This document shows positions 23,127 to 36,500 of a stretch of 64,000 bases of DNA, piece by piece. Position 1 is the stretch's first letter; the number at the start of each line of letters is the position of its first letter. The notes below the pieces were generated by a model, which did not search any database, was not told the DNA's origin, and saw only the letters and a list, made by a program, of their open reading frames with translations. The stretch is from Macrostomum hystrix (Eukaryota; Animalia; Platyhelminthes). A program made the translations under genes and the position numbers. The stretch lies in assembly GCA_950097015.1 (NCBI GenBank), contig CATNEN010000025.1:620001-684000 (forward strand), in the 5' to 3' direction.

Positions 23127-26100
23127 CTAGACAGGCCAGACCCAGTGCACAGCGCGCAGTCCCAGGAACAGGCTCGACGGACATCCAGCCGCTGACGGCA
23201 CCCGGCCCGAAGCGTTGACAAATACGGCTGTGTCTGTTGAATAGGCCACCGCCAGAGAGCCGAAGTCTGACACCGCCATGCGCTGCAGACCGCGGAGGCG
23301 GGAATCTACGATAATTTTGGTTGGGTGGAGTTGATTGGATAGTTTTGATGGGATGGGTTTGATGGGGTGGGTTTGATTGGATGGGTTTGATTGGATGGGT
23401 TTGATGGGGTGGGTTTGATTGGATGGGTTTGATGGGGTGGGTTTGATTGGATGGGTTTGATTGGATGGGTTTGATGGGATGGGTTTGATGGGGTGGGTTT
23501 GATTGGATGGGTTTGATTGGATGGGTTTGATGGGATGGGTTTGATGGGGTGGGTTTGATTGGATGGGTTTGATGGGGTGGGTTTGATGGGTTGGGTTTTT
23601 TGGGGTGGGTTTTGATGGGTTTGATGGGTTTGATTTGATTTGATGGCTTTGATAGGATGGGTTTGATTGGATGGGTTTGATTGGATGGGTTTGATTGGAT
23701 GGGTCTGATGGGATGGGTTTGATTGGATGGGTTTGATTTGATCGGTTTGATGGGATGGGTCTGATGGGATGGGTTTGATTGGATGGGTTTGATTGGATGG
23801 GTTTGATTGGATGGGTTTGATTGGATGGGTTTGATTGGATGGGTTTGATGGGATGGGTTTGATGGGGTGGGTTTGATGGGTTGGGTTTTTTGGGGTGGGT
23901 TTTGATGGGTTTGATGGGTTTGATTTGATTTGATGGCTTTGATAGGATGGGTTTGTTTGGATGGGTTTGATTGGATGGGTTTGATTGGATGGGTTTGATT
24001 GGATGGGTTTGATTGGATGGGTTTGATTGGGGTGGGTTTGATGGGCTGGGTTTCTGGGGTGGGTTTTGATGGGTTTGATTTGATTTGATGGCTTTGATAG
24101 GATGGGTTTGATTTGATGGGTCTGATGAGATGGGTTTGATAGGATGGGTTTGATTGGATGGGTTTGATTGGATGGGTTTGATTGGATGGGTTTGATTGGA
24201 TGGGTTTGATTGGATGGGTTTGATTGGGGTGGGTTTGATGGGCTGGGTTTCTGGGGTGGGTTTTGATGGGTTTGATGGGTTTGATTTGATTTGATGGCTT
24301 TGATAGGATGGGTCTGATTGAGATGGGTTTGATTGGATGGGTTTGATGGGATGGGTTTGCTGGCATTGTCAGCTGGTGTATTTGAAGCCAGTGAGTCAGG
24401 TGACCAACCGAACACAAGTCTCATGGTGGATTCGCCCGGAGTGACAGTCAACAGACCGCCGTTAGGCCAATCGGCCAAGGCTAGCAGCCGTTCCGTGCCG
24501 TCTGGTCCGGTTTGAAAACTCGGGTGAAGCGGATTGGCGTCCAGGCCGCTGTGCATGCTCAGGGCCAGCTGGCCTGAGAGTGGCGGTGAATGGCGATTCT
24601 AGCTTCGATACCGGCTGCGATACTAGCTCTAATGCTATTTCAATACTAGCTTCGATACTAGCACTGATACTAGCTTCGATACTAGCACTGATACTAGCTT
24701 CGATACTAGCTCTGATACTAGCTTCGATACTAGCTCTGATACTAGCTTCGATACTAGCTCTGATACTAGCTTCGATACTAGCACTGATACTAGCTTCGAT
24801 ACTAACTTTGATACTGTAGAGGCTTTAGTTAGTAGTCGAAAGTAATGATCAACTGAGCGCTGCCCAGCGGGCGACACTATATATTTGATGGATCGATATT
24901 TTGGGGTGGGGGTACGGCAGGTGAGAGTTGATAGCTGAGCGCGTGTAAGGCGCTGATTGGCTGGAGCGATCAGACACAAAGGGAGGCGAAGTAAACAGTA
25001 CGCAAGCCTTACGTACAGATACCAGCTTCGATACTTGCTCTGATACTAGCTTCGATACTAGCACTAATACTAGCTCTGATACTAGCTTCGATACTTACTT
25101 TCATTACTAGACTCAATTTTTTCCACTACCGCTTTGCATAAAATCCAATTAAAAATGCTATGAAAACATTCGCTTCCTCTGAAGCCATCCAGATAGCCCC
25201 GGCAAGACACTGTTGCCAGCCACGCACCGCTGGGCAGCACCCTGAACAGTCGCATGGTGTCCCCGGCCACATGCAGGACTCGATCGCGCCTCTCGGACAC
25301 CGCCAGCCGGCCAGTCGGGTTTGACGAGAAGAAGCGGGAGAAAAAAGGGATTCGGCGCCCTGTGACCAGATCCACGGCAATCAGCGGCGCCGAGGCGTTG
25401 CTAGACGAGTGGAGAAGCAGGGTGCCGCCTGGAATGGAAAATAGGGGATAATTTATTAGCGAAATGCATTCGAATAATCATTCTGGCAAGCAGCTCTGAC
25501 CTTGAGGCAGAACAACCGCCCTATCGATAGCGTTCGGCACTAGCAGCCTGGCCCGCTCAACGCCGACACCTTCGCCGAAGTCGTCAACGCTGACGGCCAC
25601 CATGAGGACTAGGCCGAAAGTTCCTTCCGTCAGCGCAACTAGCAAGTCCGAGCTCGAGTCCGGCAGGCATAGGATGCGGCTGCCGACATTTTCGGCGCCG
25701 AATCGCGAGACTGCCGGTCGATGAGCGGTCCCGACTGCCGAAGCACGGTTAATCCGCAGTACTCGGCCATTGTCACAGGCAGTCCAAACTGTGTCAGCCG
25801 GACGTCGGTAGGCCAGCAGCCTCGGCCGACAGCCCACCAGCAGCGACTCCGGCGCGAACCAGGACTTCGTTGAGCCAGTCGGATGCAGAATCAACAGCCG
25901 CTGCTGGCTGGGCTGAGCTGCGTACAGAAGGCGCCCAGCCGCTGCCAGCTGACTTTGACTGCCTCCGTCGCCGCCGCTGCCCCAGTTGCATTCGCCCAGT
26001 CCGTTTGAATCGACGCAGCCGCACAGCTTGGCGGAGACAGGACGCTTCACTGAGCAATCGGTGACGTCTAAGATGGAGTAGCCGTCAGAGTGGAAGGCGA

Positions 26101-29100
26101 CAGCCTTGGTAGGCGTTGGACCGGCCGCAGTCCAGATTTGCGGGCTCAGAGGATAGCTGCTGTAGTCTGAAAATTATATTAAACTTGCGAGAGCTTACGG
26201 TTTGGCTTGCTTTTGCGTTCCCTATGATTGTAAATTGATGACTCATCTATTTGACCAGTTTTTTCTTCCCTAGCAATGTACATTGATTACTCATCAACGT
26301 GGCCAGTTTTTTCTTCTACCCCATAGATGTACATTGATGACTCATCAGATTGATCAGCTCTTTCTTTGCCCTTTTGATGTACATTTGTGGCCCGAAATAC
26401 ATCACGCTTAGTAATAAATTTACAAACTACGTAGAAAACGAAGCTTTATGCGAGCACCCTCATACTAAACACACTACTCACCAGTTTCAGTAGCATCCCT
26501 GACATAGATTGAGCCAGCAGACTCGGCCATGCCTGCCCTGTTGCTAGCGCTGCAGGTGTAGAGGCCTGTGTGATGCTTGCCGAGCTTAGCTATTGAAAGG
26601 CTGGAGCCCGAGTCTGAAATCAAAGTGCAATTTCCTTTTGTCAACGAGGCAGTTTGTTTGGATGGTCTTTGATGGAAATTCTGATGCATTGATATTTCGA
26701 GAAAAACGCTAATAACTTCCGTATCGTGCAAGATATTTTCAAAAAAGTTTTTTAAATCAGAAAGCTGAATAAACTCTGTGCGTTTTAGCTGAAGCCTGTG
26801 CGTCTACCTATTTTAACTAATGAGCTGTGCTTAAATAAAGTTTAAGAAAGAAATAAGTCTTCCAGACATTTGCTCTAAACGTCGTGATGCATACAATTTT
26901 AGGAAATTAGAGATTAGGAACTAGTTGGACCGCAACTATTTGGGATGCTAATCTTATTCCCAAATATCCCATTTTTTACAATCGCGTCCCAACGCACCTG
27001 TGGTCGCGCCAATAAATGCCAAGTCAGGTCGGTCCTCAAGCGGCTGCGAGTTCAGCAGCCAGCGCAGCTGATCCACCGGGGCGCCGTCAATGCGGCAGTG
27101 AAGCATGGCCGGTTCGCCTACGCGACGCACCTGCATCGGCGGTTGGACTCGGACTCGAGGCTGGTCTGGCGGGGGTTGGTTATAAACGGTTTAGGCTGGG
27201 AAATGAAAGGACAGACAGACAGGCGTGTTGTTAAACGCACCGATTACGCTCAAAGCCATTGTGACGCACAGGCGACGCCACACGGAGCTGCAGCACTGGT
27301 AGATTCCCGCATCTGCAGGCGCCAGATCCTTCAGCACCAGCGTGTCCGCGGCTGCCCCGTTGAATCTACTCAGGACTCTGAGCTTCGATGCGAGAGAGAT
27401 TCCATGCCGCCTCCATTGAATGCTTTCAGCTTTGCCAACTGTTGGCAGAGGGCAGTGTATGTTTAAGTCCACACCGACTGGAGCGCTGAGCTGAATCTCA
27501 GAGCCCTCCTCTAAAGATGCTGTGACGTCATCAGACCGACTGCCGTCTCTATCGATGATAATTCCTGGAAATAATATAACGAATTATGATGCAACAGTGA
27601 GACTCGGCTAACTGAGCTCTTGTACTACTCAAGCATGAGAACTCAGGGTGGGGGGTTGAGCGGCAGAGCGGTCTAACGCGTTTGCCTCTTGCACCAAGGT
27701 CCGTGAGCTCGATTCCGCGGCGAGATCACATTAATTACTGGCGCAGCCGCGGAGAGAAGGCTTTGAGGCATGAGGTGCAATTTACGCCATTAAGGGCCAA
27801 CCTCCAAGGCACAGTGAGAGTGTACACTGCCTGACGATGAGAAAGTCAGGGCACACCTGTGTACACACCTGTGTGAGCGTGTGCCTGCGTACGGTATCTG
27901 TGTGCGTGTGTGCTCAGGATTCAGCGAAACGGGCAGAATTGCCTCCACGCTGGCTGCGGGTCGACTGTCGTTAAACAATGTATTAATGCCCACAGTCTGT
28001 GCAACTGTTTCTATCAATATGACAACTGACAGTCTGTGTTCTACTAAGGGTTTCAAGCATGAGAACACGGCATATGACACATGACTCTCACAGAATACTT
28101 GTGAGCGACTGTCGGTCATACTCTCGTAGATTAATGCCCAGGTTAGTGATTTCTTACTCAACTCCAATGACAATGGGAGCGCCAAGCCATGTCCCCAGTC
28201 GACCTGAGTTGCTCTCGCATTCAAATCGGAAGCCGTCACAATGGGAGCCTCGTTTCCCGCTCTCTCCTGTACCACACATTTTTTCGTCGCCATCCATCGC
28301 AAGCCCAAAGTTGAGAGACTCAAACTAAAAGCTAGTTCGATTTCTGGATTTGAGTCCGTCATTCATAAATCCTTCCTCCCGTGTCCGTGAACTTTTGTAA
28401 GTGGAAACGAAGGTGCTAAAGGCATCACAATCTTCCAATAATCTCCCACAGGGAATCAGTGAGTTAGGACTGGCATAACATATTTCTCTGTCTGTTTGTG
28501 GCGCGAAATTGGGCAAATTTGGCAATTTTCCCCTGTAAACATGGACGCACTGGTCAGACACAGAATTTCTGCTTTCGCGCTGGGACGCAATGTCCAAGCT
28601 GTCCATGTTCAGCCGATGGAAGTTCCTGGTTGTCTTACCGGAAAAAACGAATTCACAATTTTTTCAGGCAGCAAACAGCATTTTCGCATTGCGCCTGCAA
28701 CTTAGTCGGATTTTTCCTATTTCTCTCCGAGGTACCGATTCCGCATTGGCGAGAATTCCATTTCCCAAAGCGAGACGGCCCGGACTCCCGGCGACATTCT
28801 CCTCAACTAAACTCAAGCTACCACTTTGCTGTTCTGGTAGTCAAATATTATTATTCATTTTCGTGTCCTTCCAATATTTCCCCTTTTTTATTTCCCTTAG
28901 TATCCTTCTCTCCTTTCCCAATCAATCTAGCCCATCATTCTACTCAACCAACTCTTCTCGATTTGCTCTACTGACCCTAACCATCTCTCTGCATCCTCTA
29001 CTTGCCCTACTCATCTCTCTACCTCCCCTACTCACCGTACTCATCTCTCTGCATCCTCTACTCACCCTACTCATCTGTCTGCCTCCTCTACTCACCCTTT

Positions 29101-30326
29101 AAAGTCAGCATGTTAAACTCACCAAGCATGGCAGCGAAGCGCCTCTTGCCGACCCCAGAAATTTCGTCGCCACGGATCGCACCTGCACCTTCTTCTCCTC
29201 TCAACAAGAGATCGGCGCAGACGGCGGCAGAACCAGGCGACGACAGAGACACCAGAGCTGCCAGAAGCTCCGACTGGGTTGCTAAACCATCGCCATTGGT
29301 GTCCACATAGGCAAACAGGCGTTGCAGCATTGCGGCGCTGGCTGTGAGTGTTAAGATTTCATTTAGATGAATTCAAGCTCATTAAAACAACTTTAACAAA
29401 CTTTGACTGGCAACATACCTCATTCCGGAGTGTGCAGTGGCTAAATATAACTCTCCCATCCTTTCTTTCCGACGTCACTCACCTCAACCCAGAGAGTACA
29501 GTGACTATAAATAACTCATCCATCCTTTCTTTCCGACGTCACTCACCTCAACCCAGAGAGTACAGTGACTATAAATAACTCATCCATCCTTTCTTTCCAA
29601 CGACACCCACCTCAATCTGGAGTGTACAGTGGCTATAAATAACTCTTCCATCCTTTCTTTCCAACGACACCCACCTCAATCTGGAGTGTACAGTGGCTAT
29701 AAATAACTCTTCCATCCTTTCTTTCCAACGACACCCACCTCAATCTGGAGTGTACAGTGGCTATAAATAACTCTTCCATCCTTTCTTTCCAACGACACCC
29801 ACCTCAATCTGGAGTGTACAGTGGCTATAAATAACTCTTCCATCCTTTCTTTCCAACGACACCCACCTCAATCTGGAGTGTACAGTGGCTATAAATAACT
29901 CTTCCATCCTTTCTTGGCACACGGAGTAGTTTTTTCTCACCCTTGGGAATCCCGTCAGCGGTGACTGACGATGATTCACAGTCGGCAAGCCTGCACTGCT
30001 TCTTGAGCAGTGCGACAGCGACTTCTTTGGCGCTCCAACAAGTTGACTTTGGTTTGCAATAGCCATCGGAGCAAAGCGTAATTTCTGCGAATCGGAAAAG
30101 TATGCAACCGCGATTCTAATCAATGAGAATGATAATGATCAAAGATCACCGGGAAGGAAAAATAGTTACTAAAATATTGCATCAAGATGAATGAGGGAAT
30201 ACAAATCAAGGGATAAATCTATATTGAGTTACTGAGTTTGATGAGCTTACCAGGCAGTTGACTTTGTGTCGAATGCAACGGAAGCGAAAACAATGCCACA
30301 GCGACAAACAGGTGCCCGTAAGCCAT
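23127..30326 (-). CDS. Follistatin-related protein 4/5-like (signal, Kazal-like, EF-hand, two Ig domains, beta-propeller)
   Basis: Exons 30326-30251, 30084-29941, 29341-29096, 27564-27241, 27165-26998, 26634-26482, 26166-25501, 25428-25228, 24573-24409 and 23305-23127. All introns are phase 1; about 773 aa. DTNGDGLATQSE EF-hand, DAGIYQC and HTGLYTC Ig motifs, AFHSDGYSILDVTDC, PLHPSFQT and terminal VHWV match the FSTL4/5 order. Confidence 0.8.
23322..24358. repeat. 14-bp G/T-rich minisatellite in the last FSTL intron
   Basis: GATTGGATGGGTTT repeated, with higher-order blocks. Confidence 0.95.
24600..24815. repeat. 12-bp minisatellite, with more units at 25015-25095
   Basis: GATACTAGCTTC and GATACTAGCTCT alternate. 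Confidence 0.95.
27655..28000 (+). mobile_element. tRNA-derived SINE family 2, full head
   Basis: GGCAGAGCGGTCTAACGCG A-box-like and GAGCTCGATTCC B-box-like. Body is homologous to 13995, 16185, 18190 and 49780. Confidence 0.75.
28965..29097. repeat. 30-bp tandem repeat overlapping an FSTL splice donor
   Basis: CTACTCACCCTACTCATCTCTCTGCATCCT repeated about 4 times. Confidence 0.85.
29455..29912. repeat. 64-bp minisatellite, FSTL intron
   Basis: AACTCTTCCA recurs at 29641 and 29705, giving period 64. Confidence 0.95.
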
Positions 30327-31254
30327 GCCGAAATCGCTTCCCGCAACTATCCGATGCACCGATCATTCCTTGGGGAGAAGTTCCGGCTAGTTGACAAAGG
30401 GTTTTTTATCACGGCCCATACGCCCATCCCCCATCCAGATAGAGCCAATGGGGGCAGCTCACGCAGCGGCGGAGTGGGGTGGGTTGCTGGCTAGGCTGAG
30501 GGAGTCAAGCTTGTCCCGTGTGATACAGTCTATCTGAGCAAAATCAATTGATTCTATATAGCCCAGCTGGCATAGCAACTGCGCCCCGGCCAAATGCATG
30601 ATTGATGATGGCCGGTGCAGCATCTGCGCGCTTATTATCTATCTGGAAGCCCGCCGTGTTTATCCTGGCCACAGATGAGAAGACAGGAAAGAAATTAGCT
30701 GGCTGGTTCGCGTGTAGCATTATAAAGCCAGCTAGCAGGCAGGTGAGCACAGGGTTTGAGCACAGGCAAAATCGATTTGCAGGTAAGGATAATAGGTAAA
30801 CAAATTGATGAAGCACATCTGGGTCCCATTAGCTAGAATTAAACCGGCCGAAACAAAATGAAACGATAGAGAGCCATCGAAGCAATATAGTATAATAATG
30901 TGAATGCACTTTACTGTAAGCGAAGACTAGAAACCTACATGTGTGCGATACTGACATGCATAGGTTTGGAAAGCTCAAATGCAATTTGGGAGATTTGAGG
31001 ATCTAGGGAATTTGGGGACCCGGAAGATTAAACGATCTAAAATATTTTGACGATCTGGGATGTTTGTAAGATCTGTGAGACTTGAGGATCTGGGGGATTT
31101 CAGGATCTCGGAGTTTGAGGATCTGCAATGGTAACCGAGGAATCCCCGATGATCTGTGAGATTTGAGGATCTGGGGATCTGAAGATCTGGGAAATTTTTG
31201 AGGATCTGCGATGGTAACCAAGGAATCCCTGAGGAACTAGGAGGGTAAGAGATT

Positions 31255-31805
31255 AATTCGTGAGGATCTGGGACGGTGAGACATGAATTCCTGAGGATCT
31301 GGGAGGGTGAGAGAAGAATTCGTGAGGATCTGGGAGGGTGGGAGAAGAATTCGTGAGGATCTGGGAGGGTGGGAGAAGAATTCGTGAGGATCTGGGAGGG
31401 TGGGAGAAGAATTCGTGAGGATCTGGGAGGGTGGGAGAAGAATTCGTGAGGATCTGGGAGGGTGGGAGAATTCGTGAGGATCTGGGAGGGTGGGAGAGTT
31501 CGTGAGGATCTGGGAGGGTGGGAGAGTTCGTGAGGATCTGGGAGGGTGGGAGAGTTCGTGAAGATCTGGGAGGGTGGGAGAGTTCGTGAAGATCTGGGAG
31601 GGTGGGAGAGTTCGTGAAGATCTGGGAGGGTGGGAGAGTTCGTGAGGATCTGGGAGGGTGGGAGAAGAATTCGTGAGGATCTGGGAGGGTGGGAGAAGAA
31701 TTCGTGAGGATCTGGGAGGGTGGGAGAGTTCGTGAGGATCTGGGAGGGTGGGAGAGTTCGTGAGGATCTGGGAGGGTGGGAGAAGAATTGGTGAGGATCT
31801 GGGAG
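31255..31805. repeat. 27-31-bp G-rich minisatellite, degenerate from about 30995
   Basis: GAGGATCTGGGAGGGTGGGAGAAGAATTCGT repeated. Confidence 0.95.
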
Positions 31806-32562
31806 GTATTCCTCGAAATATGATAAGTATCACAAGCCTTCTATATTTCAGTCTTGAATACATATCCGATTTGCAAACCATACGAGATGTACTGCATTTT
31901 CATAGAAAACGGATTGCAATTTATTTGCTTTTAAGATATCAAAAGAGACGTCGTATAAAGTAAGAGGCTAGATAAAACCGCATTCAAAATTAGATAAGAA
32001 ATGAGTTGGGCTACACTCAGAAGTACAAAATGTTAAAGCAAGCATGTATCTAGACATCAGCTAATAAGCGATTAACAAGCGGTGAGGCATTCAAGAATAT
32101 TGTGATATATTGAAATAAGCTACAGTAAAAAATCGTCAATATAATCAGTTGCCTAGATAAGTTGGCGACAGCCACAGAGCTATAAATAAAGCTGACCTGT
32201 ATATGACAGCCTTGACAATAAATACAGACAAATAAACATGCTGCACTACTATGCAGAACTTGACAGTAGTGCAAAAAGCTAATTGGCATCGCTTTTTGGA
32301 TAATTAAGCTAAAATTGGTCCGACAAAGAATTTTAGGATAAACAAATTGACAGTTTTTGAGTCTTAATTAAAATTACCCCGATTACTTTTTGTAAATAAC
32401 AAAGTTAGGGAACAACGTTGAAAGTTGCCTGCTAATTATAACCTTGTGGATCTTCTGTGACAAATAAGCAAAACAAACACTTAATTTCGGAGGCACAAAA
32501 ACTATTATACATTTTTCAAACTATTGACACACCTTGGAAGCTACTTGATAAAGCTAGGGAAA

Positions 32563-33530
32563 TCTGAGGATGGGAACTACAAGAAATCTGAGGATGGGAA
32601 CTACAAGAAATCTGAGGATGGGAACTAGGAAAATCTGAGGATGGGTACTACAAGAAATCTGAGGATGGGAACTACAAGAAATCTGAGGATGGGAACTAGG
32701 GAAATCTGAGGATGGGAACTACGGGAATTCTGAGGATGGGAACTACGGGAATCTGAGGATGGGAACTACGGGAATCTGAGGATGGGAACTACGGGAATCT
32801 GAGGATGGGAACTAGGGAAATCTGAGGATGGGAACTAGGGAAATCTGAGGATGGGAACTACGGGAAATCTGAGGATGGGAACTACGGGAAATCTGAGGAT
32901 GGGAACTATGGGAATCTGAGGATGGGAACTACGGGAATCTGAGGATGGGAACTACGGGAATCTGAGGATGGGAACTAGGGAAATCTGAGGATGGGAACTA
33001 CGGGAATCTGAGGATGGGAACTAGGGAAATCTGAGGATGGGAACTACGGGAATCTGAGGATGGGAACTAGGGAAATCTGAGGATGGGAACTAGGGAAATC
33101 TGAGGATGGGAACTACGGGAAATCTGAGGATGGGAACTACGGGAAATCTGAGGATGGGAACTATGGGAATCTGAGGATGGGAACTACGGGAATCTGAGGA
33201 TGGGAACTAGGAAATCTGAGGATGGGAACTAGGGAAATCTGAGGATGGGAACTACGGGAATCTGAGGATGGGAACTACGGGAAATCTGAGGATGGGAACT
33301 ACGGGAATCTGAGGATGGGAACTAGGGAAATCTGAGGATGGGAACTAGGAAAATCTGAGGATGGGAACTACGGGAATCTGAGGATGGGAACTAGGGAAAT
33401 CTGAGGATGGGAACTACGGGAATCTGAGGATGGGAACTACGGGAATCTGAGGATGGGAACTAAGGGAATCTGAGGATAGGAACTACGGGAATCTGAGGAT
33501 GGGAACTAGGGGAAGAGAAACTGGAACTAT
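32563..33530. repeat. 23-24-bp minisatellite just past the KLHDC8 stop
   Basis: CTGAGGATGGGAACTACGGGAAT repeated. Confidence 0.95.
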
Positions 33531-33597
33531 GGGAACCTAAATAGTAACTATGGGAATCAAAGCGAGCACTGCAGTCTCCCAGACAGACTAGTTGCAG

Positions 33598-36500
33598 TTA
33601 GTCGATGGCGGCAAAGTCTAGGTAGTCCACGGCCAGGTTGAGGCCGGCCTCCGCAATGCCGCCGGCCAGGTACAGTCGGGAGCCGTGCGCCAGGTGGGCG
33701 CAGCTCATGTGGCCAGACGGCAGGGTTGAGTGCTCAATCCAGGAGTTCGAATCCGGCCTGTACATATGGCAGGAGGTGCTGGGCCGGCCCGTGTTGTCTG
33801 TGGGAAATGCATATTAGGTCTAGGGTCAAGCTACAGGTGGCAGAATACACAAGACAGGCTATTTAGTTGACGTGAGGATATCAAGAGAATTCGAGGTGGT
33901 AAAAATCACAGAGCTTGAATTTGAAAATATTGGAGCAGCCACTTACCGAAGCCGGCAGCCAGTACGACTCGACCATCGTCCAGGGTGCACTGGGCAGCGT
34001 CCGCTCGGCCGATGAGCATAGGTGAGCACTCCGACCATTGCTCTGCGAGGGGCGGATAAGAGGAAGATGGAATCATAACCTGTGATATGAGCCCATCAGG
34101 ATCAGTGTCTATCACACATTATATCATACCTAATGACCCTAGCGGGATCATACCGCATGACCCTAGCGGGATCATACCGCATGACCCTAGCGGGATCATA
34201 CCCCATGACCCTAGCGGGATCATACCCCATGACCCTAGCGGGATCGTACCACATGACCCTAGCGGGATCATACTCCATGACCCTAGCGGGATCATACAGC
34301 ATGACCCTAGCGGGATCATACCCCATGACCCTAGCGGGAACATACTCAATGACCCTAGCGGAATCACACCCAATGACCCTAGCGGGATCATACCCCATGA
34401 CCCTAGCGGGATCATACCGCATGACCCTAGCGGGATCATAGCCAATGACCTCATTAGGTTTACAGCCCATGACCCCCAGCAGAGTCATATCCATGACCGT
34501 CAGCGTTCTCTGCAGCCGCCCTCACCAGTGTCCAAGTCGAAGCTGTGACATAGGCAGGAGAAGCCGTTCGCCAGGTTGGCGGGGTCCAGGCCGCCCATGC
34601 AGAGCACACGCCGGCCGGTGCGGGAGTAGATTGGAAACACGCGGCCGTGACTGGGCAGATCCGGCAGCTGGCGCCATTTGCAGGCGCGAAAGTCGAACAC
34701 TTCACAGCCGGCCACCGGGGTGCGGCCCTCGCGACCGCCTGTTTTGTGGCATTTAACGATGGAACAACTACGAGTAATAAACTGGTACAATAGGACTTAA
34801 GAAAAAATTATATTATTATCAGGATTTGTGCTCAATTGGGATCTCGGATCATCTGGACTGAGCTCATTTGGGATCTCGGATCATCTGGACTGTGCGTATT
34901 TGGGATCTCGGAGCATCTGGACTGTGCTCAATTGGGATCTCGGAGCATCTGGACTGTGCTCAATTGGGATCTCGGAGCATCTGGACTGTGCTCATTTGGG
35001 ATCTCGGATCATCTGGACTGTGCGTATTTGGGATCTCGGAGCATCTGGACTGTGCTCAATTGGGATCTCGGAGCATCTGGACTGTGCTCAATTGGGATCT
35101 CGGATCATCTGGACTGTGCTCATTTGGGATCTCGGATCATCTGGACTGTGCGTATTTGGGATCTCGGAGCATCTGGACTGTGCTCAATTGGGATCTCGGA
35201 GCATCTGGACTGTGCTCATTTGGGATCTCGGAGCATCTGGACTGTGCTCAATTGGGATCTCGGAGCATCTGGACTGTGCTCATTTGGGATCTCGGAGCAT
35301 CTGGACTGTGCTTATATGGGATCTCAGAGCATCAGAGCATCTGAGTATCTGAGCATCTGAGCTCGGAGCAATCGAATGGAGAACTCAGCATGAGGAGATG
35401 AGGAGAACCTCATGCATTACGGCTGTAAATCACGGCAAGGAGTTGCTTCAACGCAAAGAACACTTAAAATACCATTGAAAGCAGTTGCATTTTAAACAGT
35501 TGTTCAAAATGAAGCCTCCATCCCGGCTTTACAGTTGTCTTGGCATTGTTATCATTGTTTTGCCAGCCCTGCCTATTGAAGCAGCAAAAAAGTTACACGT
35601 CATTGCTCACTAATTGCGCTACGACTGAGAGAATTAAATAAAGCAAATACGAGGAAAGCAGAATAGTCAATAAAGAAAGCGAACAATGAGCTAACGCGAT
35701 TCGTCAAAAACAATGGGTAGAATAATCAATCTGATACACAACACACGAATATAGTGAGATAGTTGCTGGGCGGATGTTGGAGAGGTGAGATGGGACTCAT
35801 TTTGGAGAAGCCAATTAGACTATTGGACCAATCCTAGCCTCACATTAGGGACAGGGGAGGCGTAGAGATGGAGAAAAATGCTGAGGGACCAGCATAGCAG
35901 GTCCCTACTTTTCCTATAAATGGAGCCGCGACGGCGACAGATTCCAGACTTCGCTGAATCACGCAACGAAGCCTAATCCAGGTTCCAGGACACGTTTGAA
36001 GCGTTAAGCAGAAGACTGCAAGGGCGCCCCGAAAAAAAGCAAGAGGTAAGTCAAATGCTCTTTGGCTTGTAGATATGCCTTCATTAATTTTCGTTCTGGG
36101 AACCTTGTGTCGCCTTGTCTTCTAACGCGTTCTAGTGCAAGATATCGGGACAAGATAACTTTCCGCAGTGTTTCAACCATCCTCTGTCGCAGCGTTAAAT
36201 ATTTGAAGTCAGTGAGGTGTGTCGGTGAGGCCTCTAAGAAAACGAACAAGAACCACGTCTCAAACGTGGTAAGGGGCACGCAACGATGAAGAAGTGAGTC
36301 TGAAGTAGCACTCACAAGCATACTTAAGATTGGCTAGCGAGAATTGCAATATGACAAATTAATGAGGATAGGACAATTTTAAGGCAAGTTCAGGCTACTG
36401 CTAAAGGCGGTTTCAATTCTGTGATCTTTGGTCCGATTGATCAACACGACAGATAATAACTTTTGCCGTTATACAAAAGCGGAACACCCCCTTATGCCCG

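Noticed and set aside
24599-25096. Idea that the 12-mer GT..AG repeat supplies the FSTL splice sites
   Set aside because: The phases conflict. Donor 25227 and acceptor 24574 restore the frame and the FSTL alignment.
28325-28800. Possible LINE 3' fragment on the minus strand
   Set aside because: Only a vague RLNMDSL resemblance, with no RT or endonuclease motif.
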